Below, piece by piece: positions 52,955 to 62,118 of a stretch of 64,000 bases of DNA. The translations under genes and the position numbers were made by a program. The notes under the pieces are model-generated. The model did not search any database, was not told where the DNA came from, and was given only the letters and a program-made list of their open reading frames with translations. The DNA is from Bacteroidia bacterium (GTDB lineage: Bacteria > Bacteroidota > Bacteroidia > UBA4408), in the NCBI GenBank assembly GCA_043778625.1, contig JAYWFU010000128.1, positions 54,528 to 118,527 of the forward strand, read 5' to 3'. The stretch's first letter is position 1. Every line of letters begins with the position of its first letter.

Positions 52955-55900
52955 CTAGTGGGTATTGAGGTCTTGGTTTTGCATGGCGTTGGTAATGGCC
53001 ATGGTTTGTACGCTTACGGTGCTTACACGCATGAGTAAATCTATTACGTGGGTTTTATAATCGGCAAACTGATAGGTGTTAAAATGTGCTAACAAAGTTG
53101 GGTCAGTAGGCTTTTTTTCTTTGTATTGGTCAAGCACCCATTCAATAGCCGAGCGGTTGCCTAGCTTGTACTCCCAGGCTTGTGGCGGTATGCCCGTTAA
53201 CTCAGTGGCATCGTCAATGGTTATTGTACCAATGGTTTTGTCGGCTTTGAGTTTGGCTTTGGGTTTACTTATTTCGAGGTTAGTAATCTCTTTTAATTTA
53301 AACGGAGCTACGGTTTCGTAGTTAATATGCAAGTCCATTAATTGCTTGCCCCACGCTACCCATTTATCAAAATTAGTGTACAAGGGAATACGCGGAAAAT
53401 CACGTTTTAAATTTAACTCATACTTACTACGATACGCAGGGTTGTGCAACACGGCATAGCAGTAGTTAAACACATCTTGCTTAGTAATAGCAGCGTTGTT
53501 GTAATGCGCCGTAAATTGTGCCAAGCCCCAATTAGTAATGTTATCAAGGCGCTCGCCTGAAGCGTTGTAAGTATATAATGCTAAACACTGACTATCTCCA
53601 TTAAAATGTAAATCCACAAGTGTATTTGATGCAAGTATATTAAATGGTTTGGAACTACTATTTATTGCAATTAAAGTGTTTTTGGTATCTTTGGTTGGAA
53701 AAAATAAAGGGGTTTGATACCTCATTTCATTTACCTCATTTCCATAATATAATTTTAATTTAGTAAATACTCTGTAGTGGCAATCTCTATATTCATTTTT
53801 ATTAATTTCTATATTTTGTAATTTTGCTCCACGTTTTTTTAAATCTCTTGTATATTTTATTACTGAATTAAAAACGGGAAAACCTTTGTTTTTTTTATTT
53901 AAGCGTAGGTCTTCTTTATATTGCTTAACAAAAAAATTAATTTTTAACTTTAGGTTCTTCTCGTCAAAACTGTAAACCCATTCGTCTCTATTTGAGGTAG
54001 TTCCTAATGAAAATAGTTTGAAAATTGCCTTCTCACTCTTACCAGCCTTTGCTTCTTTTGAACAAATAGGCAACAAGGTGTCAAAATCATTTTCTACTAA
54101 ATTTATCCAGTTATTGTTTTTGTCTGGTTTAATTTTTTCAAAATCAATATTTGTAATTTTATTATGTTGTAAAAAAGAAATTTTTTCATCTCGCGTAGCT
54201 CTTATATCACAAGGGTGTATGTAATTAATATAACATTTTTTAGATACAGCAGAGGAGTCTTTTATTAAAAACATCATAGCAATACCTACCGCAGCCGATT
54301 GCCCAAAAATAGTGTGTTTTTCATTTAAAAAAATGCCGTCTTTGCCTGATAGCTCTCTAATATTACCACCTAAATCAATAATATAGGCGTGGCTAAATTC
54401 ATTTTCAATTATTTTTCTAAATCCATCAAAAGTACGAGAGTTAATAAATGAATTATTTGTAATCATTGTTATTACGCCATCGTCGCCCACCCTATCCATT
54501 GCCCAACGATAAAAGCGCGCGTACATGTCGTATACTTTTGTTTTTTGAGCTGAACTTTGTTTTATAAACGTATCTTTAATTCGTTTGTCAATTAATGGAT
54601 AACTTCTATTTTTATTATTATCATTTTCGTTTTGTTGATTAGCATTGTAGGGTGGGTTACCAATAATAACTGATATTTTATGGTCGTTTTGTTTTTTAAT
54701 ACGCAACGCATTTTCGGCACTCATGCCAAATATATCGGTTTGTTTTCCTTTGTAGCTAAACCCCATATTATCCAACGTATCTACAAAGCAGAGGTTTTTG
54801 TATTCCTCATGTTTTTTCATTTTTTGCTTGTAGGTAAATTCAATATTTAAGTTGGCAATGTAGTAAGGTAATATAGCTACCTCGTTAGCGTGTAGTTCGT
54901 GCTTATATTTGTACTCTAGTTTATTAGGGTGTATATAATCAATAATATCGCAGATGAATGTACCTGTACCCGTTGCTGGGTCAAGTATTTCTACCCCCTT
55001 ATCTTGTAACATTTTATTAAAATGTTTTTGTAACAAATAGTCAGTACTTTCAATCATAAACTTTACAATTTCGTTAGGGGTGTACACCACGCCTAGTTTG
55101 TCAGCCGCTTTGGGATTATAGCTTTTGTAAAATGTTTCGTATATTATTTTTAAAAACTTTTGTTTTTCGTGATGATTAGCTATGTTGTGTGCTGCTGCAT
55201 TAATGGCTTGGTAATAATGCTTTATGGCATCTAAAGTTAAACGACGTGTGGCACCCGTAAAAAAAGTGTCTAATACTTTTTCTAATTCTTTGGCAATATT
55301 ATTTTCTCTATGAAAATATGCTTCATCAAAAATGGTATTGAAAATTTCGGCTGTTAGTATATGTTGCACCATCATTTCCTGAATATCTATTTTTGATATT
55401 TCAGGGTTAATACTTTCGCGACACAACTCAATAAAATTATCTTGAGCTTTAATAAATTTTGCGTTTGTTTTTTCTTGTGCTTGTATAATGCCTTTAATCG
55501 TATCCGTTACTTTGGGCACATCTTGTTTAAAAAACTCTATTGCTTGCCTAAATTCAGTTACCTCTACTTTTTCGTAGGTTGTAAATGATTTTAGTAGTCT
55601 ATCTAATGCTAATTCATCTTCTATTTTTATGCGCATTACCTCAACACCTGCCTGAAATAATACAGCAGTAACACTATCTTCAAACAATATATTATCGTTT
55701 GGATAACCTTTAGCAAATTTCTTTTCTATCTCTTCATTTAGGTCATCGTCTTCATCTTTGCTTTCGTAATAACCCCACGCTTGTTGCAAAGCATCTTTAA
55801 GCGTACCGTCTGGAGTGATAATCCTTCCGTTTAATTTAATACTATATTCTGGCACAAGTGTTAATTCATTATTATAAGCATAATCATTTATTAAATTAAT

Positions 55901-55996
55901 AAATGGTGTGCGTATAGCAGTTTCTTTACGAGTACCACCAAAGCGTATAATACGCTCAACTTCGGTATAATATTTTTGTATTGCTTGCAGGCTCAT
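52955..55996 (-). CDS. Single-chain restriction-modification enzyme (N6-adenine MTase, type ISP-like C-terminal specificity domain, no helicase)
   Basis: PD...ESK nuclease-like N-terminus; VYTP, LDPATGTGTF (motif I), GNPPY (motif IV); C-terminal YAVLH.P.YR.KY...DFPRIP and Y.LG.RSAIEW. Confidence 0.88.
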   Translation of the reverse strand: MSLQAIQKYYTEVERIIRFGGTRKETAIRTPFINLINDYAYNNELTLVPEYSIKLNGRIITPDGTLKDALQQAWGYYESKDEDDDLNEEIEKKFAKGYPNDNILFEDSVTAVLFQAGVEVMRIKIEDELALDRLLKSFTTYEKVEVTEFRQAIEFFKQDVPKVTDTIKGIIQAQEKTNAKFIKAQDNFIELCRESINPEISKIDIQEMMVQHILTAEIFNTIFDEAYFHRENNIAKELEKVLDTFFTGATRRLTLDAIKHYYQAINAAAHNIANHHEKQKFLKIIYETFYKSYNPKAADKLGVVYTPNEIVKFMIESTDYLLQKHFNKMLQDKGVEILDPATGTGTFICDIIDYIHPNKLEYKYKHELHANEVAILPYYIANLNIEFTYKQKMKKHEEYKNLCFVDTLDNMGFSYKGKQTDIFGMSAENALRIKKQNDHKISVIIGNPPYNANQQNENDNNKNRSYPLIDKRIKDTFIKQSSAQKTKVYDMYARFYRWAMDRVGDDGVITMITNNSFINSRTFDGFRKIIENEFSHAYIIDLGGNIRELSGKDGIFLNEKHTIFGQSAAVGIAMMFLIKDSSAVSKKCYINYIHPCDIRATRDEKISFLQHNKITNIDFEKIKPDKNNNWINLVENDFDTLLPICSKEAKAGKSEKAIFKLFSLGTTSNRDEWVYSFDEKNLKLKINFFVKQYKEDLRLNKKNKGFPVFNSVIKYTRDLKKRGAKLQNIEINKNEYRDCHYRVFTKLKLYYGNEVNEMRYQTPLFFPTKDTKNTLIAINSSSKPFNILASNTLVDLHFNGDSQCLALYTYNASGERLDNITNWGLAQFTAHYNNAAITKQDVFNYCYAVLHNPAYRSKYELNLKRDFPRIPLYTNFDKWVAWGKQLMDLHINYETVAPFKLKEITNLEISKPKAKLKADKTIGTITIDDATELTGIPPQAWEYKLGNRSAIEWVLDQYKEKKPTDPTLLAHFNTYQFADYKTHVIDLLMRVSTVSVQTMAITNAMQNQDLNTH

Positions 55997-56062
55997 TGCT
56001 AATGTATATAGGGTACTTGTACTAAAAAATGTGGTGGTGTTACGTTGTAAATATACCCAAAT

Positions 56063-56425
56063 TTACTCCTCCGCCGAATCAATATGAAACAACTGCAACG
56101 CCCTATGTACAATGGGCGACATAAGTACCGCCACCGATGTTAAAAAAGCAATGCCACTGTACAACGAATAAAATGATGAAAATAGTTTGGCCGCATCGCT
56201 CATCATTTTATCCACAGGCCCCATACCTGTAAGTATCATACAGGCGTTATAAAAACTATCTAACACAGTTAGGTTACCAAAGTAATGATAGCCAGCAACC
56301 CCCATAAACAAAGATGCCGCAATGAACAACGCCGACAGTGTAAACAACTTGAGCATACGTAGCCCAAAGTCTTTATTTGAAATTATTTTTTTACTACCAA
56401 CACCCACTATGTTATGTGTTATCAT
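56063..56425 (-). CDS. Small 2-TM membrane protein, potassium-channel-like topology
   Basis: TM - DSFYNACMILTGMGP pore-helix-like segment - TM. Confidence 0.55.
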   Translation of the reverse strand: MITHNIVGVGSKKIISNKDFGLRMLKLFTLSALFIAASLFMGVAGYHYFGNLTVLDSFYNACMILTGMGPVDKMMSDAAKLFSSFYSLYSGIAFLTSVAVLMSPIVHRALQLFHIDSAEE

Positions 56426-57582
56426 TTACGGCGTTGTTTTTCTTTTATAATTAACGATAGCTCTCGCCCTGTTTGCCCTTTAACGCTTGTGTTTTCTTGC
56501 GCACGGCGCAATAGGTACGGTACAACCTCACGCACAGGGCCGTAAGGCACATATTTAGCCACGTTGTACCCCGCAGCCGCTAGGTTATAGCTTATGTGGT
56601 CGCTCATGCCTAATAGCTGCGAATAGTATACTCTTACATCGTTGTTGGCAATGCCATGTTGCGCCATTAGTTGCATTAATACGGTGGCACTATCCTCGTT
56701 GTGCGATCCTGCGCAAATACTTAATACATCAGCATTAGCTGCCCAATAACTCAAGGCTTGGTTATACAGTTTATCAGTGGCTTCCTTAGTAGTGTTTATG
56801 GGTGATGTGTAATTGTGCTGTAGCGCTCGGTTACGTTCTTTTTCCATATACGCACCTCGCACTAATTTAGCACCTACAAAATAATTATTGGTACGTGCGC
56901 TAGTTACCGTTTGTGTGAGGTAATGTAAGCGGTCGTGGCGGTACAGTTGGTAGGTATTGTACACAATAGCTCGTTTGGTATTGTACAGCTCCATCATAGC
57001 GTTGGCTAGGTTATCAATAGCGTCTTGTATCCAACTCTCTTCAGCATCAATAAACACGGCCACATCGTTATCGTGGGCTTGCTTACATATTGCATTTACA
57101 CGTGCTGTTACACGGCTATACTCCTGTTGTTCGGTAGTGGTAAGGGGTTGGTTTGCATTTACTTTTTCGAGCAATGCAAAGCGCGAAATACCAGTAACTT
57201 TAAATACACTAAAGGGTATGTTTTTATCGCCTTTGGCACGATTAACAGTGGCAATAATTTCGTGCATTGTGGCATCAAAATCTTCCTCTTTGGTTTTACC
57301 CTCAATACTATAATCGAGTATAGTACCTATGTTAAACTTGCCCAATTGTGCTATGGCGGTAGTACATTCGTTAATGGTTTCTCCCCCACAAAATTGCTTA
57401 AAAATAGTAGGCTTAATAGCCCAGCCAATAGGTATGTGTAAGCTTAGTGCCAACGAAGCTAAAGTATCCGAAAGTTTAACAATAGTAGGGTTGCTTACTA
57501 TTTTAAACAACCAATACGACCTATTTAAATCAGTACCCGTTTTTGAGCCAAACGCAATTTGAGTATTATCGAATGAAACCAT
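56422..57582 (-). CDS. Proline dehydrogenase family protein
   Basis: FCGGE, IDAEESW, KLVRGAY, SHN, QLLGMSD, KYVPYGP..YL.RRA.EN; TATATTTG -7 box at 57617-57624. Confidence 0.93.
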   Translation of the reverse strand: MVSFDNTQIAFGSKTGTDLNRSYWLFKIVSNPTIVKLSDTLASLALSLHIPIGWAIKPTIFKQFCGGETINECTTAIAQLGKFNIGTILDYSIEGKTKEEDFDATMHEIIATVNRAKGDKNIPFSVFKVTGISRFALLEKVNANQPLTTTEQQEYSRVTARVNAICKQAHDNDVAVFIDAEESWIQDAIDNLANAMMELYNTKRAIVYNTYQLYRHDRLHYLTQTVTSARTNNYFVGAKLVRGAYMEKERNRALQHNYTSPINTTKEATDKLYNQALSYWAANADVLSICAGSHNEDSATVLMQLMAQHGIANNDVRVYYSQLLGMSDHISYNLAAAGYNVAKYVPYGPVREVVPYLLRRAQENTSVKGQTGRELSLIIKEKQRRK

Positions 57583-57650
57583 TTTAAATTGTATATTTTT
57601 GTAATTATTACTACTACAAATATAAATTGTTACACCATATTATTGGCACT

Positions 57651-58721
57651 ATGCACACAGTTATTGATAACAAAAATTACACAATAGTACTTACCACTAA
57701 TTTTAGTGCGCAGCTTGCCCAGTTTATTAATAGCAACACGTATAGTAAAGTGGTGTATTTGTTTGATACCAACACGTTTAGGCTATATGGTAACTTACCT
57801 TGTTTTGATGCCACGCAAAGCATAGTTATCCCTTCGGGCGAAAGCTACAAAACCATTGAAACCTGCAACGAAGTGTGGCAACAGCTCTTACACCTTAACG
57901 CCGACCGTAATACATTATTAGTTAACGTAGGTGGTGGAATGGTAAGCGATTTAGGCGGGTTTGTGGCCAGTACCTATAAGCGAGGCATACATTTTATAAA
58001 CCTACCTACCACGCTACTTGCCTGCGTTGATGCCAGTATTGGTGGTAAAACTGCGGTAAATTGTGGCGACACTAAAAATATAATTGGCGCATTTTGCAAT
58101 CCGCAACACGTTATTATCGATACCGTTTTTTTAAACACACTACCTGCTAATGAGCTACTATCAGGCTTTGGCGAAATACTAAAACACGGCTTAATAGCCA
58201 ACGCTACTTATTTTGAAGCGTGTAGTGCGTTAAATTTAAGTGAGAATACTATTAATTGGTTACCAATTATTGAAACTTCGTTACGTATTAAACAACAAAT
58301 TGTTGCACAAGATTTTGACGAACAAAATATTCGTAAAAAATTAAACGCAGGGCATACTATTGGTCATGCGTTAGAAACCGTGCTTATGCAAAGTAGTAAA
58401 CGCCTTACACACGGCGAATACGTAGCAATAGGGCTATTAGTTGAAAGTAGTATTGCGCTACAACAATGCTTAATTTCACCTACTGATTTTGATATAATTT
58501 CAACTGCTATACAACGTCATTTTAAGCCTCAAAAAATGAACCCCAAACCACACGATTGGCAAGCTTTGAATAACGCACTACTCAACGATAAAAAAAATGA
58601 TAGTGCCACCATTAATGCATCGTTGCTTACGGGCATAGGCAGTTGCGCTATTAACTGTGCTATAACGCTTACTGAAATTGAACACGCTATTAGCCAGCAC
58701 ATTGTAGTTAGTAATGCATAA
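57651..58721 (+). CDS. aroB: 3-dehydroquinate synthase
   Basis: GE..K, GGGMVSDLGGF, PTTLLA.VDASIGGK, LNAGHTIGHALE, HGE. Confidence 0.95.
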   Translation: MHTVIDNKNYTIVLTTNFSAQLAQFINSNTYSKVVYLFDTNTFRLYGNLPCFDATQSIVIPSGESYKTIETCNEVWQQLLHLNADRNTLLVNVGGGMVSDLGGFVASTYKRGIHFINLPTTLLACVDASIGGKTAVNCGDTKNIIGAFCNPQHVIIDTVFLNTLPANELLSGFGEILKHGLIANATYFEACSALNLSENTINWLPIIETSLRIKQQIVAQDFDEQNIRKKLNAGHTIGHALETVLMQSSKRLTHGEYVAIGLLVESSIALQQCLISPTDFDIISTAIQRHFKPQKMNPKPHDWQALNNALLNDKKNDSATINASLLTGIGSCAINCAITLTEIEHAISQHIVVSNA

Positions 58722-59922
58722 CATAAGTTTGCCTACCTCCAAAAGCCTTGTAAATAGGCTGTTAATTATACATGCGTTAATGAATAATTGGGATAAATTA
58801 TCCGAATTAAATAATGGTAATGATGATGTAGTAGCCATGATTGATGCTTTACAACAATTACACACCACCAACAACTGTACTATAAACATTGGGCATGGCG
58901 GTACTTGTATGCGTTTTTTAACTGCTTACATAGCAGCTCAACGGAACAAAAAAGTGTTGCTTACAGGCAGCCAACGCATGCAACAACGCACCATAAAACC
59001 CTTGGTAGATGCGCTTACTAGCCTTGGTGCCCAAATTAATTATACAACTAATGTAGGATTTCCGCCATTACAAATTATAGGTACAACACTAACAACAAGT
59101 ACACCTGTGGTAATAGATGCAAGTGTAAGCAGCCAATACATTACGGCATTACTACTTATTGCACCTTACATTAACAATGGGGTGCAACTACGCTTACTAG
59201 GCAATGTGGTGTCGGCACCGTACATACAACAAACTATTAGTGTAATGCAATACTTTGGAGCTACCGTAACCATGACTGGTAAAAACATATTTGTTGCACA
59301 AACCTCTTACGCTACACCCGCTACACACCTTGCTATTGAAGCCGACTGGAGTGCAGCTGCATTTTGGTACAATTATGTGGCTATTAGCCCTATTGACGTA
59401 ATATTAAAATTAATGCAGCTACGCACCAATACCACACAGGGCGATGAAGCCTGTATGCAACTGTACGCACAGTTAGGAGTACAGTCGGAGGTGGTGGCGG
59501 ACGGAATTATAATTTCGAAAATTAAAAATTTTACGATCCCTACATCATTCAATATTGACTTAACCAATACCCCTGACCTTGCACAACCAATCGTTGTAAG
59601 CCTAGCTGTGCTTGGTATACAAAGTACTCTTACCGGTTTACAAACGCTTACTATTAAGGAAACTAATCGTATTGAGGCAATGGTAAACGAGCTTGCAAAA
59701 TTTAATGTGCACTGCACCACCAATACTATTGATGCACTAACTATTAATACTGCATTACCTCTAAATTACAACAATACCGCTATTACTACCTACCACGACC
59801 ACCGCATGGCCATGAGTTTTGCGCCGTGTGTGCAATTATTTAATACATTAGTTATTGATAATAAAGAGGTGGTAAACAAATCGTACCGACAGTTTTGGAG
59901 CATAATGGAGGGAATAAAATAA
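58714..59922 (+). CDS. aroA: 3-phosphoshikimate 1-carboxyvinyltransferase
   Basis: SKS..NR, GTCMRF, SSQYITALL, PDL, KETNR, DHRMAM. Confidence 0.95.
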   Translation: MHNISLPTSKSLVNRLLIIHALMNNWDKLSELNNGNDDVVAMIDALQQLHTTNNCTINIGHGGTCMRFLTAYIAAQRNKKVLLTGSQRMQQRTIKPLVDALTSLGAQINYTTNVGFPPLQIIGTTLTTSTPVVIDASVSSQYITALLLIAPYINNGVQLRLLGNVVSAPYIQQTISVMQYFGATVTMTGKNIFVAQTSYATPATHLAIEADWSAAAFWYNYVAISPIDVILKLMQLRTNTTQGDEACMQLYAQLGVQSEVVADGIIISKIKNFTIPTSFNIDLTNTPDLAQPIVVSLAVLGIQSTLTGLQTLTIKETNRIEAMVNELAKFNVHCTTNTIDALTINTALPLNYNNTAITTYHDHRMAMSFAPCVQLFNTLVIDNKEVVNKSYRQFWSIMEGIK

Positions 59923-60260
59923 TTGCATTGAGCCTTTCAAAATTTTAACCCCTTCGGCTCCGCAAATTTGCATCAAGATGAGTTGGCAACGAAATTTTAT
60001 ACCCGCATTCAAAACTGAATACTTATGTTTAGGTAACCAAACTATATGTACTTTAATGCGATATACAGTATGATAGTTTGTACGTTGAAATTCAATAATA
60101 CAAAGATAACTTCATTTTTAAAAGCTGAAAGCGAAACGCACTAAAACCCATAGTTTTAACTATTTTTGAAATCAATAAATTGATTTTAATACATTTGTGA
60201 TAATATGTTAAATCAGCAGTAAGAGAGCGCTTATTATAAATTATTAAAATAATTAGAAAG

Positions 60261-60548
60261 ATGACTGAAAATCAATGGCCCGTGTGGGAAGTGTTTATAC
60301 AAGCTAACCCAGGTATTCCGCACAAACATGCAGGCAACGTGCACGCAACCGACGCTGAAATGGCATTGCAAAATGCACGCGACCTTTACGGACGCCGTAA
60401 CGAAGGGATAAATATGTGGGTAGTACCCGCTAATGCAATAACAGCAAGCTCGCCCGAGGATCAAGGTTCGTTTTTTGACCCTGCTAACCAAAAACCTTAT
60501 CGCCACCCCACATTTTACCAAATACCTGAGGGGGTTAAGTATTTGTAA
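60261..60548 (+). CDS. paaB: 1,2-phenylacetyl-CoA epoxidase subunit B
   Basis: WPVWEVF, HAGNVHA.DAEMALQNARDLY.RRNEG, YRHPTFY; TACATTTG -7 box at 60190-60197. Confidence 0.93.
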   Translation: MTENQWPVWEVFIQANPGIPHKHAGNVHATDAEMALQNARDLYGRRNEGINMWVVPANAITASSPEDQGSFFDPANQKPYRHPTFYQIPEGVKYL

Positions 60549-60569
60549 TTTATTTTAACACTGTACATT

Positions 60570-61322
60570 ATGCAAGATAATTTATTTGAGTACTTACTAC
60601 GCCTAGGCGATTCGTCAATTATTATTGGGCACCGTTTGTCGGAACTATGTGGGCACGGTCCTGTGTTAGAGGAAGATATAGCCACTACTAACATTGCTTT
60701 AGATTTTGTGGGCTTGGGAACTAATTTATTAGAGTATGCCGCCACTATAAAAGGCAATGGCACCACTGCTGATACATTGGCTTACTTACGCAACGAGCGC
60801 GAGTACAAAAACTTGTTAATAACCGAACTGCCTAACAGCGATTTTGCATTTACCACCGTACGCCAATTTTTGTTTGATGTGTATCAACTGTATTTATACC
60901 AAGGACTAACACATAGTACTGACGAAGGGCTGCGTAATATTGCGTTAAAATCATACAAAGAAATTGAGTATCATGTGCGCCACACCGCTTCATGGATGTT
61001 GCGTTTGGGCGACGGCACTACCGAAAGCCATACCCGCACACAGCATGCGTTAGATCAATTGTGGGAATATACAGGGGAGTTTTTTACTGCCGACGATGTT
61101 GATACCGCTTTGATTACTAAGGGTATTGCGCCTGAGTTTAACGCCATAAAAACACAATGGTTACAACACGTGCAAGATATTGTAACGCAAGCTACCTTAA
61201 CATTACCCACCACTATTTACGTGCAACAAGGTAGCCGACAAGGTAAGCATAGCGAACACTTGGGTTTTTTGTTAGCCGAAATGCAGTACATACCCCGCAT
61301 GCACCCTGGTGCTGAATGGTAA
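60570..61322 (+). CDS. paaC: 1,2-phenylacetyl-CoA epoxidase subunit C
   Basis: LGD...GHRLSE.CGHGP.LEEDIA..NIALD, KE..YH, RLGDGT.ES, HSEHLG..LAEMQ. Confidence 0.93.
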   Translation: MQDNLFEYLLRLGDSSIIIGHRLSELCGHGPVLEEDIATTNIALDFVGLGTNLLEYAATIKGNGTTADTLAYLRNEREYKNLLITELPNSDFAFTTVRQFLFDVYQLYLYQGLTHSTDEGLRNIALKSYKEIEYHVRHTASWMLRLGDGTTESHTRTQHALDQLWEYTGEFFTADDVDTALITKGIAPEFNAIKTQWLQHVQDIVTQATLTLPTTIYVQQGSRQGKHSEHLGFLLAEMQYIPRMHPGAEW

Positions 61323-61373
61323 TGAGGGTGCTTTAACAAAGTACAACCTCTATTATACAAAGTAAAAATTATA

Positions 61374-62099
61374 TTGATGAATATCAAAAACACTATACGT
61401 GCAATTTTAAATTTTTTGCACCTCGACTTAACTAAAAATTTAGAATACGATAGGCTCACAAAAAAAATTATGCAACGCGTAATTACTAACAATACAAATT
61501 GTATAGATGTAGGTTGCCACAAAGGTGAGATGTTAGACGAGATGTTAAAATACGCGCCTAACGGAACGCACTTTGGGTTTGAGCCTATACCTTACCTATA
61601 TGAGGCGCTCCAAAAAAAATATACTACCAAAGCTACTATTTACCCTTACGCATTATCCAATACTAACGGAACGTCAACCTTTCAGTTAGTTAAAAACGCA
61701 CCCGCTTATAGTGGAATTAATAGAAGGAAATACGATATAGAAACCCCCAATGTAGAGGAAATTACTGTTGAGTTAAAAACACTGGACGAACTTATTGACG
61801 CCAATTTAAAAATAGAGTTTATAAAAATAGATGTGGAGGGGGGGGAATTTGGCGTACTTAAAGGTGCTGAACAATTACTCAAAAAAAACAAGCCTACTAT
61901 AGTGTTTGAAAGTGGCTTAGGAGCAAGCGATTATTACGGCACAACCCCTGATGCGTTGTATCAATTTTTAACTCAAAATATTGGATTAAAAATTTACACT
62001 CTAAAATCATTCATTAACGAAAAAAAATCTTTGTCATTAAAAGAATTTGAAGAGTATTTTAATACTAATAAAGAGTATTATTTTATTGCAAATAATTAA
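61374..62099 (+). CDS. FkbM family methyltransferase
   Basis: IDVGCHKG, FEP, IKIDVEGGE..VLKG. Confidence 0.9.
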   Translation: MMNIKNTIRAILNFLHLDLTKNLEYDRLTKKIMQRVITNNTNCIDVGCHKGEMLDEMLKYAPNGTHFGFEPIPYLYEALQKKYTTKATIYPYALSNTNGTSTFQLVKNAPAYSGINRRKYDIETPNVEEITVELKTLDELIDANLKIEFIKIDVEGGEFGVLKGAEQLLKKNKPTIVFESGLGASDYYGTTPDALYQFLTQNIGLKIYTLKSFINEKKSLSLKEFEEYFNTNKEYYFIANN

Positions 62100-62118
62100 A
62101 CTTAAAACGAATTAAAAA

